Positions 11,771 through 24,629 are shown, numbered from the stretch's first letter. The stretch is 64,000 nt of DNA from Eledone cirrhosa (GCA_964016885.1 OZ024743.1:180854001-180918000), one strand, 5' to 3'. The notes: generated from the sequence alone by a model not told the origin. Numbers and translations are program-made.

Positions 11771-13596
11771 CTAGAGTCCTTGCTTTTCCCCTTCATTTCT
11801 TCTCGTTTCTGGCTTTTATAGCCCTTTCCTCTGCTTTCCCACACAGTCAGATCTGTCCTTCCTTACCCCTTCCACATTTTCTCATTACTTAATTTTGTTT
11901 TTATCTTTCTTTCTCATATTTATTTATCCCCCAACTAAATTTGTTTTTCCTCAATGTTCTCTTTTTTTTTAATACCTTACCGACACTTATGTGTGTATGC
12001 ACCTATATGTACAAAACTATACACATAGAAAGATGCAATATGTATTAATAAACATTTCTGGGCATACCCTTGTTCCAATGGTGGGATTACTTTCCGATTG
12101 TCAGTTTTCGTTTTTGCGTGATGCGCTATCGGAATGGAGTTGGCCTCCTGCAGGTGCGAGCCCCGCGAGGAGTGGCTGTTCCAGCGCGTCTTCTCCATTG
12201 TCCTCTGGAGCAGTGTGTTCTCCATCTTGTCGGCGGGGACCCAGTGGCGGAGGGTAAAGAATATTCGTTTGACGTAACTTTCTCATTATTTCTTCTAATC
12301 TTCTATGATTCTCTACTACATTTTTTAATAAATATAAGCCATTAGATTTATTTTCAATATAGAAATAAAAAAAGGAGGAAACAAAAGAAAAAAGAATAAG
12401 CAAATATAGAAAAAAGAGAGAAAGAAAGAAGGAAAAAACGGGAAGGGAATGGGAAGGGATGGCAAGAGCTCTGGTGTCGCAGAAGAGAGGGGAGTGAAGG
12501 GGATGGTGAAGGGGGAGGGGGATTGGGTTTTGGGCCTGGGGCAAAAGAGCAGAAATGCTGCACCCCATTGACAAGACGGCAAAAGCATTGTAATTAGTAA
12601 TTAACTGCACTTGTTATATTTTAGGCAACACTTTCTGAAGGAATTTTCCGCATCCAAATAAACCCCAGCCATTTTTTTTCTTTTAATACCGGAAATAAGT
12701 GCCAATATTTGCATCATATGTATTTTCAAACTTTAAGGCAAGCCACAACGTATGCAATATCTTCCTTTGGGCTGAGAATTTTACTTTTTTCTCATATCTG
12801 TCAAGTGAAATTGTTTTATAAATGTCCCAACAGGCATATTGGAATTTCTCACATCTGTGGCTTATATTTATCTTCATAGAACACAGTATTCCTTAACATT
12901 TGGGTTGGATATGGAAAATACAGTTCAGAGGTCAATACGTTGTATATAGGTTATATATATGTTCGTCAGTGTGTGTGTGTTGAGCATTTGTTCATTATAG
13001 AGACCTCACTGAGATTCCGGAAGTTTATCTATCACCAGCAAGGGAAATATTCAAGTAAGAAGAAATACATGTCACAACTTTGTTAACAGTTGGTTGCAAA
13101 GCAATATCTTTAATCTGTTATTGTGTCTCATAACGTATGGACTCCCATTTGCTTATAATTGTGAGAAATGGGGAGAGCGAGAGAGACTGTGACAGTGACA
13201 ATGGGAATTTGTTTACATTATGATCAGACTTAATATATATGTACATATTTTTTTACCAAACCAAACACATATATAGAAATCTTCTTCCTATTAGATTAAA
13301 GTTATAATCAAGATAGCATGTACACGGTATCATAAACAATGTTTCCTTCCTCTCAATGTCTTTTTATTTTCAAATAATTTTTCTTACGTTTTTCGTTTCA
13401 AAAATATTGTTTTCGTTCGTCGTCTTCTCTTTTTTTTTATTTGCCTTATTTTATTATTATTATTATTATATATAATATAAAAACAAACACAGACACCCCG
13501 ATGTAACACATGCGAAAACTAAGCACTCAACACACACAAAAACAAGATGGCGTAGGAGAACAAAGGAGAGGCACAAAACAAAGAAAAGAATCCCCA

Positions 13597-13639
13597 GTCA
13601 CTGAAGAGGTCACAGAATGTGTGACGAAAGAACTTTGAC
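13597..13639 (+). ncRNA. Minimal hammerhead ribozyme (Penelope type)
   Basis: GTCA-CTGAAGA-G-GTCACA(gaatg)TGTGAC-GAAA-GAAC-TT-TGAC: stem I GTCA/TGAC, 6-bp stem II and a vestigial stem III. Confidence 0.7.
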
Positions 13640-13792
13640 AATATATGAACAACCGTCCGGTTGTGGAACCAACCAACCAACCGGAAATTTACAAATTTCT
13701 TAAATTTATAAATTTAATTTATAATAAATTGGAGTGAAAGCAAGTGGTGCGTGTGTTTCTTATTGGCAACATGACCCTCCCAGAGTATAACA

Positions 13793-13840
<48 letters not shown>

Positions 13841-13858
13841 TTTTCCTGTTTTCACGTA

Positions 13859-14037
13859 CACAGACCTGTCGACCTCTAAAAACCCAAGCGGGGAGTATCT
13901 TGAAGAAAGGTACCCCAAAACGGGGAGATTTTCCATGATGAAAGCTATGCCCATTTTCATAAGAGACAACACTTCTGACCCACCCCAAAGTGGGTGGGAG
14001 TAGTCCACGTCGGACAGGCAGAGTTGACAGGTCTGCG
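13859..14037. mobile_element. Putative MITE (about 179 bp)
   Basis: Imperfect terminal inverted repeats CACAGACCTGTCGACCTCT / AGAGTTGACAGGTCTGCG with TA on both sides. Confidence 0.55.
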
Positions 14038-14651
14038 TAAAAGATATTGTATATGTGTATGTATTACATGAAAGAGAAGACTTCATATAAACACTCTAAT
14101 CTTGGTGACAGAACCAGTTATCTTAAAGGTGTGCTTCCTAGAATATCTTCAACACAACCATTAATACCAACAAAAATGTCAACGAAAATAACAACAAAGT
14201 AAAATAGATGAGTTAATACTTGAGTCTTAAGCTTTCTTGGACTCCTTAGCTTTCTGTTTGTGTTTATTTTTGAAACTTTACTAATCCTTGTCGCGTATTA
14301 AAGATCTTCACCCAGTCTTATTATTCTTTTCCAAATCTATACTATTGAAAATATTCGTGCAGTAATGTTGCTCGCATATTTAATATTTGATAGCGATTTC
14401 ATCATCGCTGGCGGATTAGATTCTCATTTAGCCAGTATTAATAGAACCGAACACAGGCAGATTAGTACATTCATTAGAGTCATACAGGATAGAAGCGGAT
14501 AAAAGAAGTTATACATATATATATATATATATATGACCAGAAATTTTATCCACAGATTTTGTGTAATCCGGGGAAAAAAACCAATAGAATCTTAACTCAA
14601 AATAAAATTAAGAGTAAATACTTATCTGTCAATTTGGAAAAATCTACAAAT

Positions 14652-14732
14652 GCATTATATAGTCTTAAAAAGACTATTTCACGAAACTTTTCAGTGGGGT
14701 TAGTCACGGTTGGCATCGTTCCTCAGTAGTGC
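14652..14732 (-). ncRNA. Type I hammerhead ribozyme
   Basis: GCACTA-CTGAGGA-ACGA(31 nt)TCGT-GAAA-TAGTC(tttttaa)GACTA-TA-TAATGC, with an AUA cleavage triplet. Confidence 0.8.
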
Positions 14733-15278
14733 TGAACAACGTTAACTAAGAACCACAGCTAAAATATGCCAAAGGGGAATTTAAAAGCAGGCTAGTCAAA
14801 CCTCGTGTGGAATTGAATTAATAAACACACATGGAGACAGGGCTAGTGACGTCAGAATGAGACGAATGTCTGTTTACAAGAAACAGCAGTCAAAACATTC
14901 CGAAAAAAAACTCAACAAAAGATATGGAGTTCAGCATAAAGCAATATTATCGTTCTTTTTTATTTAAAAACCGGGATTAGTCAAATAATTTTAAGCACTC
15001 AAGGAAAAATTCCGAGTATAAATATATAAATGAAAATAGAGAAATTAATGTAAGCAAGAAGCCAACAGTAATTCAGACATATAAGTGACTATAACGTCAA
15101 GATAAAAAATATTTAACGTAAGATATGGGAAAATAATTTAATCCCAGTTCAAAACAAGTCAAGACCAGAAATTTTATCCACAGATTTTGTGTAATCCGGG
15201 GAAAAAACCAATAGAATCTTAACTCAAAATAAAATTAAGAGTAAATACTTATGCGTCAATTTGGAAAAATCTACAAAT

Positions 15279-15356
15279 GCACTATATAGTCTTAAAAAGA
15301 CTATTTCACGAAACTTTTCAGTGGGGTTAGTCACGGTTGGCATCGTTCCTCAGTAG
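15279..15356 (-). ncRNA. Type I hammerhead ribozyme, second copy (stem I 5' strand truncated)
   Basis: CTA-CTGAGGA-ACGA...TCGT-GAAA-TAGTC/GACTA-TA-TAGTGC. Confidence 0.75.
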
Positions 15357-15457
15357 GAATATATATATACATACATATATATATACATATATATATATAT
15401 ATACATACATATATATATATATATACATATATATACATATATATATATATACATATG

Positions 15458-15511
<54 letters not shown>

Positions 15512-15512
<1 letters not shown>

Positions 15513-16367
15513 TAGCTGACGTACCCAGCTTCGCCCGGGTAAACAGATGATAAGAGAAGACAGGTAAAAGAGAAAATGACTGTATTGGATGTGTGTCTGG
15601 TTACAGTATGAGGCGAGTGCGCGGTGTCTATGTGATACAAAAGACAGTGAAAAAAATCTTCCAGATATACCAGATTCTTCGTTGTACCATTTGTGCATAG
15701 TATATGAACAATTCTAGGTGCTCCTACCTAGAATAGTGACCTCTAGGAGATGGTTCATCTTCTGCCTGACTATAAAACGTGTATAATTGCATAGACATGG
15801 TTGCGCCACGTTTCGCAAGAGGATGATGGAAATTCCAATCTTTTATATTATATGTAGATATTGATATAGATAATTAATATAAAAGATGATGCTCAGCCAG
15901 TTCGTCTTCAACCATCGCAGCACGCCATCGCTGCTTGACTCCAGTGTTTCGTTGGCGTTGTTCAGCCAGCTCCTCTTCATTCATGGCACCATGTCTTCGC
16001 CTCTGAAGTTCGGCGTTCCGATGGTGCTGTTCGGCCCGTTTTTCTTCATTGCTGGCTGCACGCCGTTGCCGCTGTAGTTCACTGTTTGAAAAAGTCGAAT
16101 TGTTTTTACTTTCTGTGGAACGCTGCACGCACACACACACACATAAACATACGCGCATGTACATACACACGCACACATTGTAATAGTTATAGCGTTCACT
16201 TTGTCTCTGTTTCTGACTCTCCTCTCTCACTCCCTCATTGGCATTATGCATATTATGCATATTAAGTTTGGCGTCGTTGAGGTGAGTGGAGTCGTTTGAA
16301 ATCTATGAACCAATGATAATCGAGAATTATGACACACGGAATACTGACGTTGTTCAAATTAATATAT
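15512..16367 (-). mobile_element. Non-autonomous Helitron, a deletion derivative of the adjacent element
   Basis: 3' hairpin ACCCGGGCGAAGCTGGGT followed by CTAG|T. Built from pieces matching about 22080-22320, 21608-21825 and 16369-16690. Confidence 0.88.
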
Positions 16368-16368
16368 C

Positions 16369-19300
16369 CTAGCTGACGTACCTAGATTCGCCCGGGTAAA
16401 CAGATGATAAGAGAAGACAGGTAAAAGAGAAAATGACTGTATTGGATGTTTGTCTGATTACAGTATGAGGCGAGTCCGTGGTGACTGTGTGATACCAAAA
16501 ACAGTAAAAAAAATCTTCCAGATATACCAGATTCTTAGTGCTCCAACCTAGAATAGTGACCTCTAGGAGATGGTTCATCTTCTGTCTGACTTGCATAGAC
16601 GTGTTTGTTCCACGTTTCTCAAAAGGATGATGGAAGTTCCAATCTTTTATATTATATGTAGATATAGATATAGATAATTAATATAAAAGATGTCCGTCAA
16701 TGTAAAAAAAAAGTCCCTATTTACTTGAAATGGTTTATACAAATGGCAAATTAATATGGATATGGATAACATGCTTATCTATAAGTGGTCAGCTCTAATA
16801 ATAAAACAACAAATTATATGACACAAAAATTTATTCAGTAATTTCCAGGCTCTTAGCCACTGAGTAATAGACAGTCAATATTGCCTAGAGTTCAACTCGG
16901 GGAGGTGGCCTGGTTTGAACTCCAAATGGCGGAACCTTCTACTTCGAAAATAGAATCGTTTTTCAATATTACTCTAGCCCTAGCCAGCCATAGGCACCAA
17001 ACGTTTTGCCAGACTCAGCATATGATGAGGTTTTATTACCACCGCTATCAGAAGCGATAAATTTGAAGTCAATTTCTACCAATACTTGTTGGTATTTATT
17101 GCGCAACATAGCAGTAAAGGCAATTTTTACCAATACCTGTTTGTTTGTATTGCTCATAACGGCATTAAATGACATTGAACATAAATGATAACTCTGTCAA
17201 AGCTCACAATACTGATCAAAGGACACCAATGTCCGAATCATTTACGTCGCTTATTGATAGCATTAAAGATATGCATACATCAGCTCAAAGCTTCATTATA
17301 GACAATATTCAGGTTTGTTCCTCTGTTAGTGGTATCAATTGCAAATGTTATACCATCAGGATCGCACACTCGAAATGCAGCAACATACAGTTGCCCATGG
17401 CTGAATGCTGGATAATTCAAGTAGACACCGACTCGCTTGAAAGTCTATCCCTGTGTCTTGTTGACAGTCATGGAGAAGGCCAAATTGACGGGAAACTGTC
17501 TCTTTTGCCAAATGAATGGCAGCAGATCTTCACTTGGTCTCAGCATGATCCTCGGAATGAGAACCGATTCGTCTCTGCCTGGGAGTTTAGCTTCAAAAAC
17601 TCTTCCGTTAATCAATCTCTCAACAATCAATCTGGTACCATTGCAAAGACCCATTTTATGATTGGTATTTCTAAGCAATATAATCGGCATACCCTTTTTC
17701 AACCTCAAAATATGTGGGGGAAATCCGGGTATTTGAAGTGAATTCAGATACTCAGTCAGAACATCCATATTGTTCTGCTGATTAAGCTCCATTGCATCCG
17801 CACTGACAGTCAACTATTCCTCTCCAGGAAACATTCCGGTTACTTGTGAATTTATTTCATCGACCGTTGCATTCGTATGAGTTAGAATAACGCGTTCCGA
17901 TATCCAGGAGATATTCTGCCAAAAAGCATTCAAATTAGGGAATACCTAGTCAATCAATGCTTGGCGGTCCAGTGGCATGACCAAATGGTCTGGGATTCTT
18001 ACAGTCTGATTATCACCAATGTGTGGCAATTCATCGTTTCCCAACTGCACCAACCATCGGCCGTATGTCTCAGCCTCTTCGTTTTGCCCGAACATACGAA
18101 GTCGCATATTATTGTGTAATCGCAAAACTCTGAAATGGCTCCACAACGGGGACTTTTTCAGACATGCATCGATAATTTGCGCTCTTTGAGCATTCCTAAC
18201 AATTGGTAGCACCTGTCTGAAATCGCCACCAAGAACGATAGTCTTACCATCGAATGGCAGTTCACTACCGCAGATATCCTCAAAGTTCTGTCCAATGCAT
18301 CCAGCAAATATCTGTGTGCCATTGGAGCCTCGTCCCAAATAATCAGAGACGTATTGCGTATAAGGCCCGCGAGTTTACTTTGTCCTGTAATGTTACAGAC
18401 ACTCAACTCATCCGGAGCCAATGGAGCCTTGAAGCATGAGTGGAAGGTCCTTCCACCACTCAGCAAAGTGGCAGTGATCCCACTGGTGGCCACAGGGAGA
18501 GCAATCATCCTCTGAGCTCTGACTACCGATAACATAGTGTTGAAACAGAATGTCTTTGCTCCTCCTGGAGCATCTATGAAAGCACAAAGTTGCTCATTAG
18601 TGGAAATCGAGTGGAGAACGCCATCGACCAATTCTCTCTGAGATTGGGTCAACATTGGCATAAGTTCATCCACAATACATTGCTGTTCCAGTGGATGAAA
18701 CTGGAATAGTTCCCTACGATCGAGTGGCAACCGTCTAAGCTGCAATCTCATGTTCAATGCTAAGACACGTTGCCGCATTTCTTCATCAGGAATTGGCAAA
18801 TTGAAATCTGTTAAACATTTGAAATGAACTTCAAGCAGTTGCTCAATATTGAGCAAAACAATAGCTTTCATCAAATTTTCATCATCGACCTGAAGATGAT
18901 GCCTAAAATCATCAGCCATAATTCTCCAATGGCGTTCAAATAACTCTCTTGGATAGGCAGGATTGCAGAATCCTAGAATTGTGACAAACAACTGCCTTAT
19001 TTGAGCTGGCATCTGTGTTGTTCCTGCAGCTTCCATGGCGTTATTCCATTCAGCGTCATCCTGAAGGAGTCCTAGATGCTGACACACAGCCTGGCATGTT
19101 TCATATTCCACGCCATTGATTGTTTTCAAATCAGCGAAGCTCTGTTTACCTCTTGAAAAATCACTATGCAACAGAATTCGGAGATAAAACACATCACCAG
19201 ATGCTGGATGGACATTATAAACCCGTCCAATAGTCATGAATATCAACTTTTGTTTTCTATCATTCCATTATTTTTCCCTTCTTATCCCACATATAGTGCG

Positions 19301-22300
19301 AAGGGAAATCGCAGTAGAGTTGCCTTTGATCCGGGTTCAAAGCATGTTCCCTATTATGCTTGAACCACTCAGTCAATTCCGTCTTAGGAGGTGGTGCGTT
19401 AGCAATTATTTCGACACCTCTTCTAGTGTCCTGAAAACAGACCATTTGCCTGTTCTCTAAGTGAACCGTTAGTTTCTGAACGCTGGGTTTGCGTTCATTG
19501 AGATCAAAATTGAACAATCTCCAGCAAGCTTTGCTAGATCCAATCGAGCGAACATCCTGGAACCTGCCAACTTCATCTCCTTGGTTCGCTTCCTCATTCC
19601 TGACATTGATCATTGCCCGATCATGACCTTTGTAAACATATTTGAATTGATATTTGCAAGCTTTCGCTCAGCTACAAATTTCCACATTAATATGACAACG
19701 ATATTTCATAATCAAATATGGATTGTATGGCACAACCCATTGATTTGTAACCTGTCGACCGTTTACATTTTCGACCAAACCACCATGTGCAGGCGACCGT
19801 CATCTGTATGAGGGATGAGCATCCCCATCGTTCCAGGAAGTGTTCGTGACAAAAGATTTCGGAAAGTGCTTACTGCATTGGCCATTTTTCATGCAAGGCG
19901 CTTTCCGATTTGCCACTCCGCATTGGTTGTGCACCATTGACTTTGCCACAAAGTTGGTAGTACCTCATTCTCAGGCAGTTCAGCACACACAATGCTGTCG
20001 ACATCCTCAGCACATCTCAATTTGCAATCTCTATGTAAAATGATCAGCAAATATGCATGTGGCAATCCTATTTTGGGGAATTCAATTACGTATGTAAAAG
20101 CAACTATACCTCCAAAGATTCCCTCTTTTTCCACATCATCCATTATCTTTTTCAGATATCCTTTGAATACTCCTGCCACAATATCAGGACGGTCCTTTGG
20201 CTGTTGTCCTGGCAAAAGTACATCCTTAATATCAGTCCATTCAGGATTGCATGTAACCGTTATAAACAAATCTGGCTTTCCAAACTTTCTGACAATAGCC
20301 ATTGCATCCTGATAGCGAATGTTCATATATCTCGAGTCGCCGATGAACGACGATGGTAAAATGATGCGTCGACCAATTTGCTTGTAATTGGCATCCTCGG
20401 CTGTTATCGCATCCTGTATATAATTATACAATTCAGCTCTGATATGTTGCTGATGTGTAGCTATATAATTTAGCCTTTGATTTTCGATCTTTGCGAATGC
20501 CATACAACAGTATTCCTGGAACAATCTGCTGGCTTGAAATAGCGCATTTCTCTGTTGATTCCTCTCGTTCAAATGGAACGCGTAAAAGTCGCGAATTGAA
20601 TTATTGTGTCTATTGCCACCTCCCTGTTGATGCTGATTCTCATGATCATCTAAATGAACAGACATGTTCCATCCATTTTCACCTTTTGGGAATAAAAGAA
20701 CATAATGCAATGGATCGTATGCCCTATTTGACTCATTGATAGTCTTGAGACCACCATATCTGCGAATGAGGACGATATCTCTCGATCCAGGCTTATTGTC
20801 CATCAACACAGCAACTTCACGAAATCCTTCAGGGGCATATATAGCCGTTCGTGTTGATTCCTTAGCACTGCGTCAGCCTTAATCACCAATGTTTGCTGCT
20901 GAACATTTTGCAGTTCAGCCACCAACATGAAATCCATAACATAAGGAGTACACTGTCTAAGCCATGATTGCAAATCACGGATCAAATCACTTAACCATTG
21001 CCGTTCAAGTTCAGTTATATTTCCCGGCAACTTCATCCAACCAATCCTGATATCCTCCTCCGATTCACTATAATCTGGATCGTTAACGTAAATTTTAGCG
21101 AATCGAGGCCCTCTCCTAGTGTAACTTCTAAATTACCGATACAATGATACAAACGGCCTTGAATTACTACATTCGGTTGCCATGCTCCACTATCAAACAT
21201 CTCACTAACTCTCTGCGATGCTAAAGCTAATGAATTGTTAATTTGCCGCGAATATTTGCGCAGTAATCTACCTCGGTCTCCTTGATCACCCCACATACTT
21301 AGTATTTTAAACTCCGGTGACTCCTCATCATCCGGCATTCGCAAGGGTTCTAGTTGAACTGCTCCTTTATGACAGCACATTGTGGTCCACGTCTTTTCGT
21401 GCCTCCAAAGCAATGCACCACAATGTGGACATTCTGCTCGTCCACCAATCTGAAAATGACACGGTTGCCATGATCCATTTTTAATATCATTCGTTCGCCT
21501 TCTAGCCTCTTTACTGGAATGAAGGGCACTTTGGCGACACATTCTCTGAACTTATGTATTGCGCTGGCGCTGCAGCACGCGGTTGCTGCTGAATTCTGGC
21601 CATCTGCTGATGATGCTCAGCCAGTTCGTCTTCAACCATCGCAGCACGCCATCGCTGCTTGGCTCCAGTGTTTCGTTGGTGTTGTTCAGCCAGCTCCTCC
21701 TCATTCATGGCGGCCCGTCTTCGCCTCTGAAGTTCGGCGTTCCGATGGCGCTGTTCGGCCCGTTTTTCTTCAATGCTGGCTGCACGCCGTCGCCGCTGTA
21801 GTTCACTGTTTGATAAAGTCGAATTGCTCTTATTATCAGTATTCATTTCGAGCAATTGTCAAAAAATGACACAATAATAAATATAAGAGATGTCAGTCAA
21901 TGTAAAGAAAGGTCCCCATTTACTCCCTTCACAACTCTGTGTATGTTAGACTGACAGACAGGCACACAGACAGATAAACTGCGTGGCGATTGTGGAACGC
22001 CACACACATACACGCATGGAAACGCGCACACGCTCGCAAACTTACACACGCACACACTCATACATGTTGATAGTTTTTAATTTCTGTGGAACGCTGCACG
22101 CACGCACACACACATAAACATACGCGCACGTACATACACACGCACACATGTTAATAATTATTGAACACGGCATTCACACTCTCCCCTTTCACTCCCTCAT
22201 TGGCATTATGCATATTAATTTAAGTTTGCCGTAGTTGAGGTGGGCGGAGTCATTTGAAACCTATGAACCAATGATAATCGAGAATTATGACACAGAATAC

Positions 22301-22322
22301 TGACATTGTTGAAATTAATATA
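16369..22322 (-). mobile_element. Helitron (RepHel-coding), decayed
   Basis: 3' hairpin plus CTAG at 16369, RepHel coding remnants inside, and a 5' end that merges into (TA)n. Confidence 0.93.
17279..21855 (-). pseudogene. Helitron Rep (HUH) - PIF1 helicase, multiple frameshifts and stops
   Basis: Rep motifs GKPDLFITVTCNPEW, YVIEF..GLPHAYLLI and YQFKYVYKGHD. PIF1 motifs DAPGGAKTF, IIWDEAPM, GGDFRQVLP, GLCNGTRL, RQFPVNLAFSMTVNKTQG and SHGQLYVA. N-terminal CPHCGA..CC zinc motif and a charged helical repeat. Confidence 0.95.
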
Positions 22323-22359
<37 letters not shown>

Positions 22360-22360
22360 T

Positions 22361-22727
22361 CACTCAGATGGTGGATGGGTGCTACACGAGAATGCTGAGG
22401 ATGGCTCTGAACATTAGTCAGTATACACTGAGGATGAAAATCTCAGAGCTATATGGGAGCCTCCCAAGAGTCAGCTCAAAAGTGACACAGAGGAGACTGA
22501 GCTTAGCTGGACATGCTCACCGACATCCAGAGTTGACATTGCACTCAGTGCTCCTGTGGGAGCCCCTACATGGACACACTGGAAGAGGAAGACCAAGGTT
22601 AACGTATGTTGATGCCCTAAGGACAGACACTGGTCTGTTTGAGACGCAGGACATGGCAGCGATAATGAGGGACAGAGACCGCTGGAGAGAACTCGTCCAT
22701 GGATCTCGGGAATTTTACCCGCCCTAG
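22361..22727 (+). mobile_element. RTE/RTE-X LINE 3' fragment inserted in (TA)n
   Basis: DGCYTRMLRMAL, RRLSLAGH, WEP.HG..GRGRP..TYVD and MRDRDRWR are typical of the RTE-group ORF C-terminus. Confidence 0.85.
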
Positions 22728-22743
22728 AGAGAGATATATATAT

Positions 22744-22820
<77 letters not shown>

Positions 22821-22947
22821 TTTATCCCGGGTTCAATCGGGGGTAACCACAGTAAGTAAGGTACTCATAGCAGAGAGTATAAATATTTAATATAGAATTG
22901 GCTTCTACAGGACTAGAATTGTTTAATTCGGGAGAAATCATACATAA

Positions 22948-23051
<104 letters not shown>

Positions 23052-23874
23052 TGCTTTATATTATTTTTCCAGATAAAAGTATTAAGCCTTCTGCATTATA
23101 TAATGATTAGGATAAATGTGCTGAGGCATGAAAGAGCCGGATAAAGCATTAAGTATTGCAACATTTCGTTTCTTTTCGCTGAAATGTTTGAGTTAAAATT
23201 TTGCTATTACAACTGATTCAATCCTGTTAAAGTAATGGTTGAAATATACTTGGGCTGATTTGTATCCCTTAAACTTCCCGATCCTTGATTGCAAATGTTT
23301 CATGGTAAAATAAATTAGTAGATTGGGTGACGATTTGAAAATGATAAATTAAAGAAAGGGTACAATATCAAGAGAAAGCTCACTCGAATGGGCGTCATCT
23401 AGTCATTCACTGACATAATCAGGCCTCATGCTCATAGACATTCTGTCTTCTCTCTCCGCGTTTTCTTCCGCAACTACAATAGACCCTTCTCCTTCCTCCA
23501 GCACTAAAGGTAACTCAGCTAATTTGTCACTCAGTCTACCTTCATCCACGTGGTGTCCATTCTGTTCAGTTCTTCCTTTCCAGAGTATGGGAAATATGAA
23601 TTTATCCCCCCACCCCACCCTACTCTTATATTTTCAGTGATAAGCAATATTTTAAGTGTAACGTTAGTGGCATCAATCTACCTGTCTCGTGGAAGAGAAC
23701 AGCAAACATCAATCACGCTCTCCATTCCTCCAGACATAACACAACAGTTGCAACAATTAATTTTGTTTCTAATCAAATGAAATACATTTTTTGTGCTCTG
23801 GCCTAGCTATGCATTTTTCATGAAGCGACTGAGAGTACAAGTCTTCCCCTGGAAGATAAAACCCTAGCAACTGC

Positions 23875-24010
23875 TGGTTCTCATTTTCAGTTGAGTATAC
23901 TAGAGCAACGTGAAATGAAGTGCTGTGCTCAAAAACACAACTCACAACCCAGTCCAGGAATCGAACCCAGGGCATTATGATCGTAAGTCCAACACCCTTG
24001 CCAGATGGTC
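23875..24010 (-). mobile_element. Degenerate tRNA-derived SINE (second family)
   Basis: Minus-strand B-box GGTTCGATTCC followed by the SINE-body-like TTGAGCACAGCACTTCATTTCACGTTGCTC. Confidence 0.65.
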
Positions 24011-24629
24011 TGGTCATGGTCATATCCCTTTAAACGTCATACGCCTTGACAATCTGTTATTCATATGAGTGTAGCAATGTCAGATAAGATATTGATTGAT
24101 ATGCGTTGGTCATATATCCCGTCACCGGAGCTGCCATTCGTCCATAGAGAAGACATTTAACCCAACAAATGCTATTCTGGCTTAGGTGTAAGTAGAAGCC
24201 GTGAGTTGATATAATTCCTTATTATAAACAGCAGTGTATAATAACTTTAAAGAATTATTAGTTTGTTTTCAATGTAAAATTAATTTCCGACTGTGCTAGG
24301 TCTCGTACTTAGTGCGCTAACGAAACAGAAAATAGGTAAGTGCATAGAAAATCATGAGAGCTTGTAAAGGTGAAGATCACGTGGAATAATATAGTTGTAA
24401 TTAAATTAAGTGAGGAAATTAAAAGAAAAACATGGTATGGTCGTGGCCATACCCCTTTAAACGTCATAGATTTCCTAAACCAGGGGTTACCTCCAGTCAA
24501 TCAAAAAGAACAACAAATATCACAAATCCTTTCTTCCTGTGCATTAACGATCCACACCTCCTCAAGAACAGATATCAAGAATACTAATTGAGGCCTAGCC
24601 TCCTATATTTTTCTCTCTAGGAATAATGG

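Larger units (their letters stand above)
14535..15356 (-). mobile_element. Non-coding direct-repeat element with hammerhead ribozymes (retrozyme / non-autonomous Penelope-like)
   Basis: About 195-bp near-identical direct repeats at 14535-14729 and 15163-15356, each with a hammerhead core. Flanked by (TA)n, no ORF. Confidence 0.8.

Noticed and set aside
12600-12920. Possible coding remnant (ORF 12683-12877)
   Set aside because: No recognisable motif or splice structure. It cannot be supported without a search.
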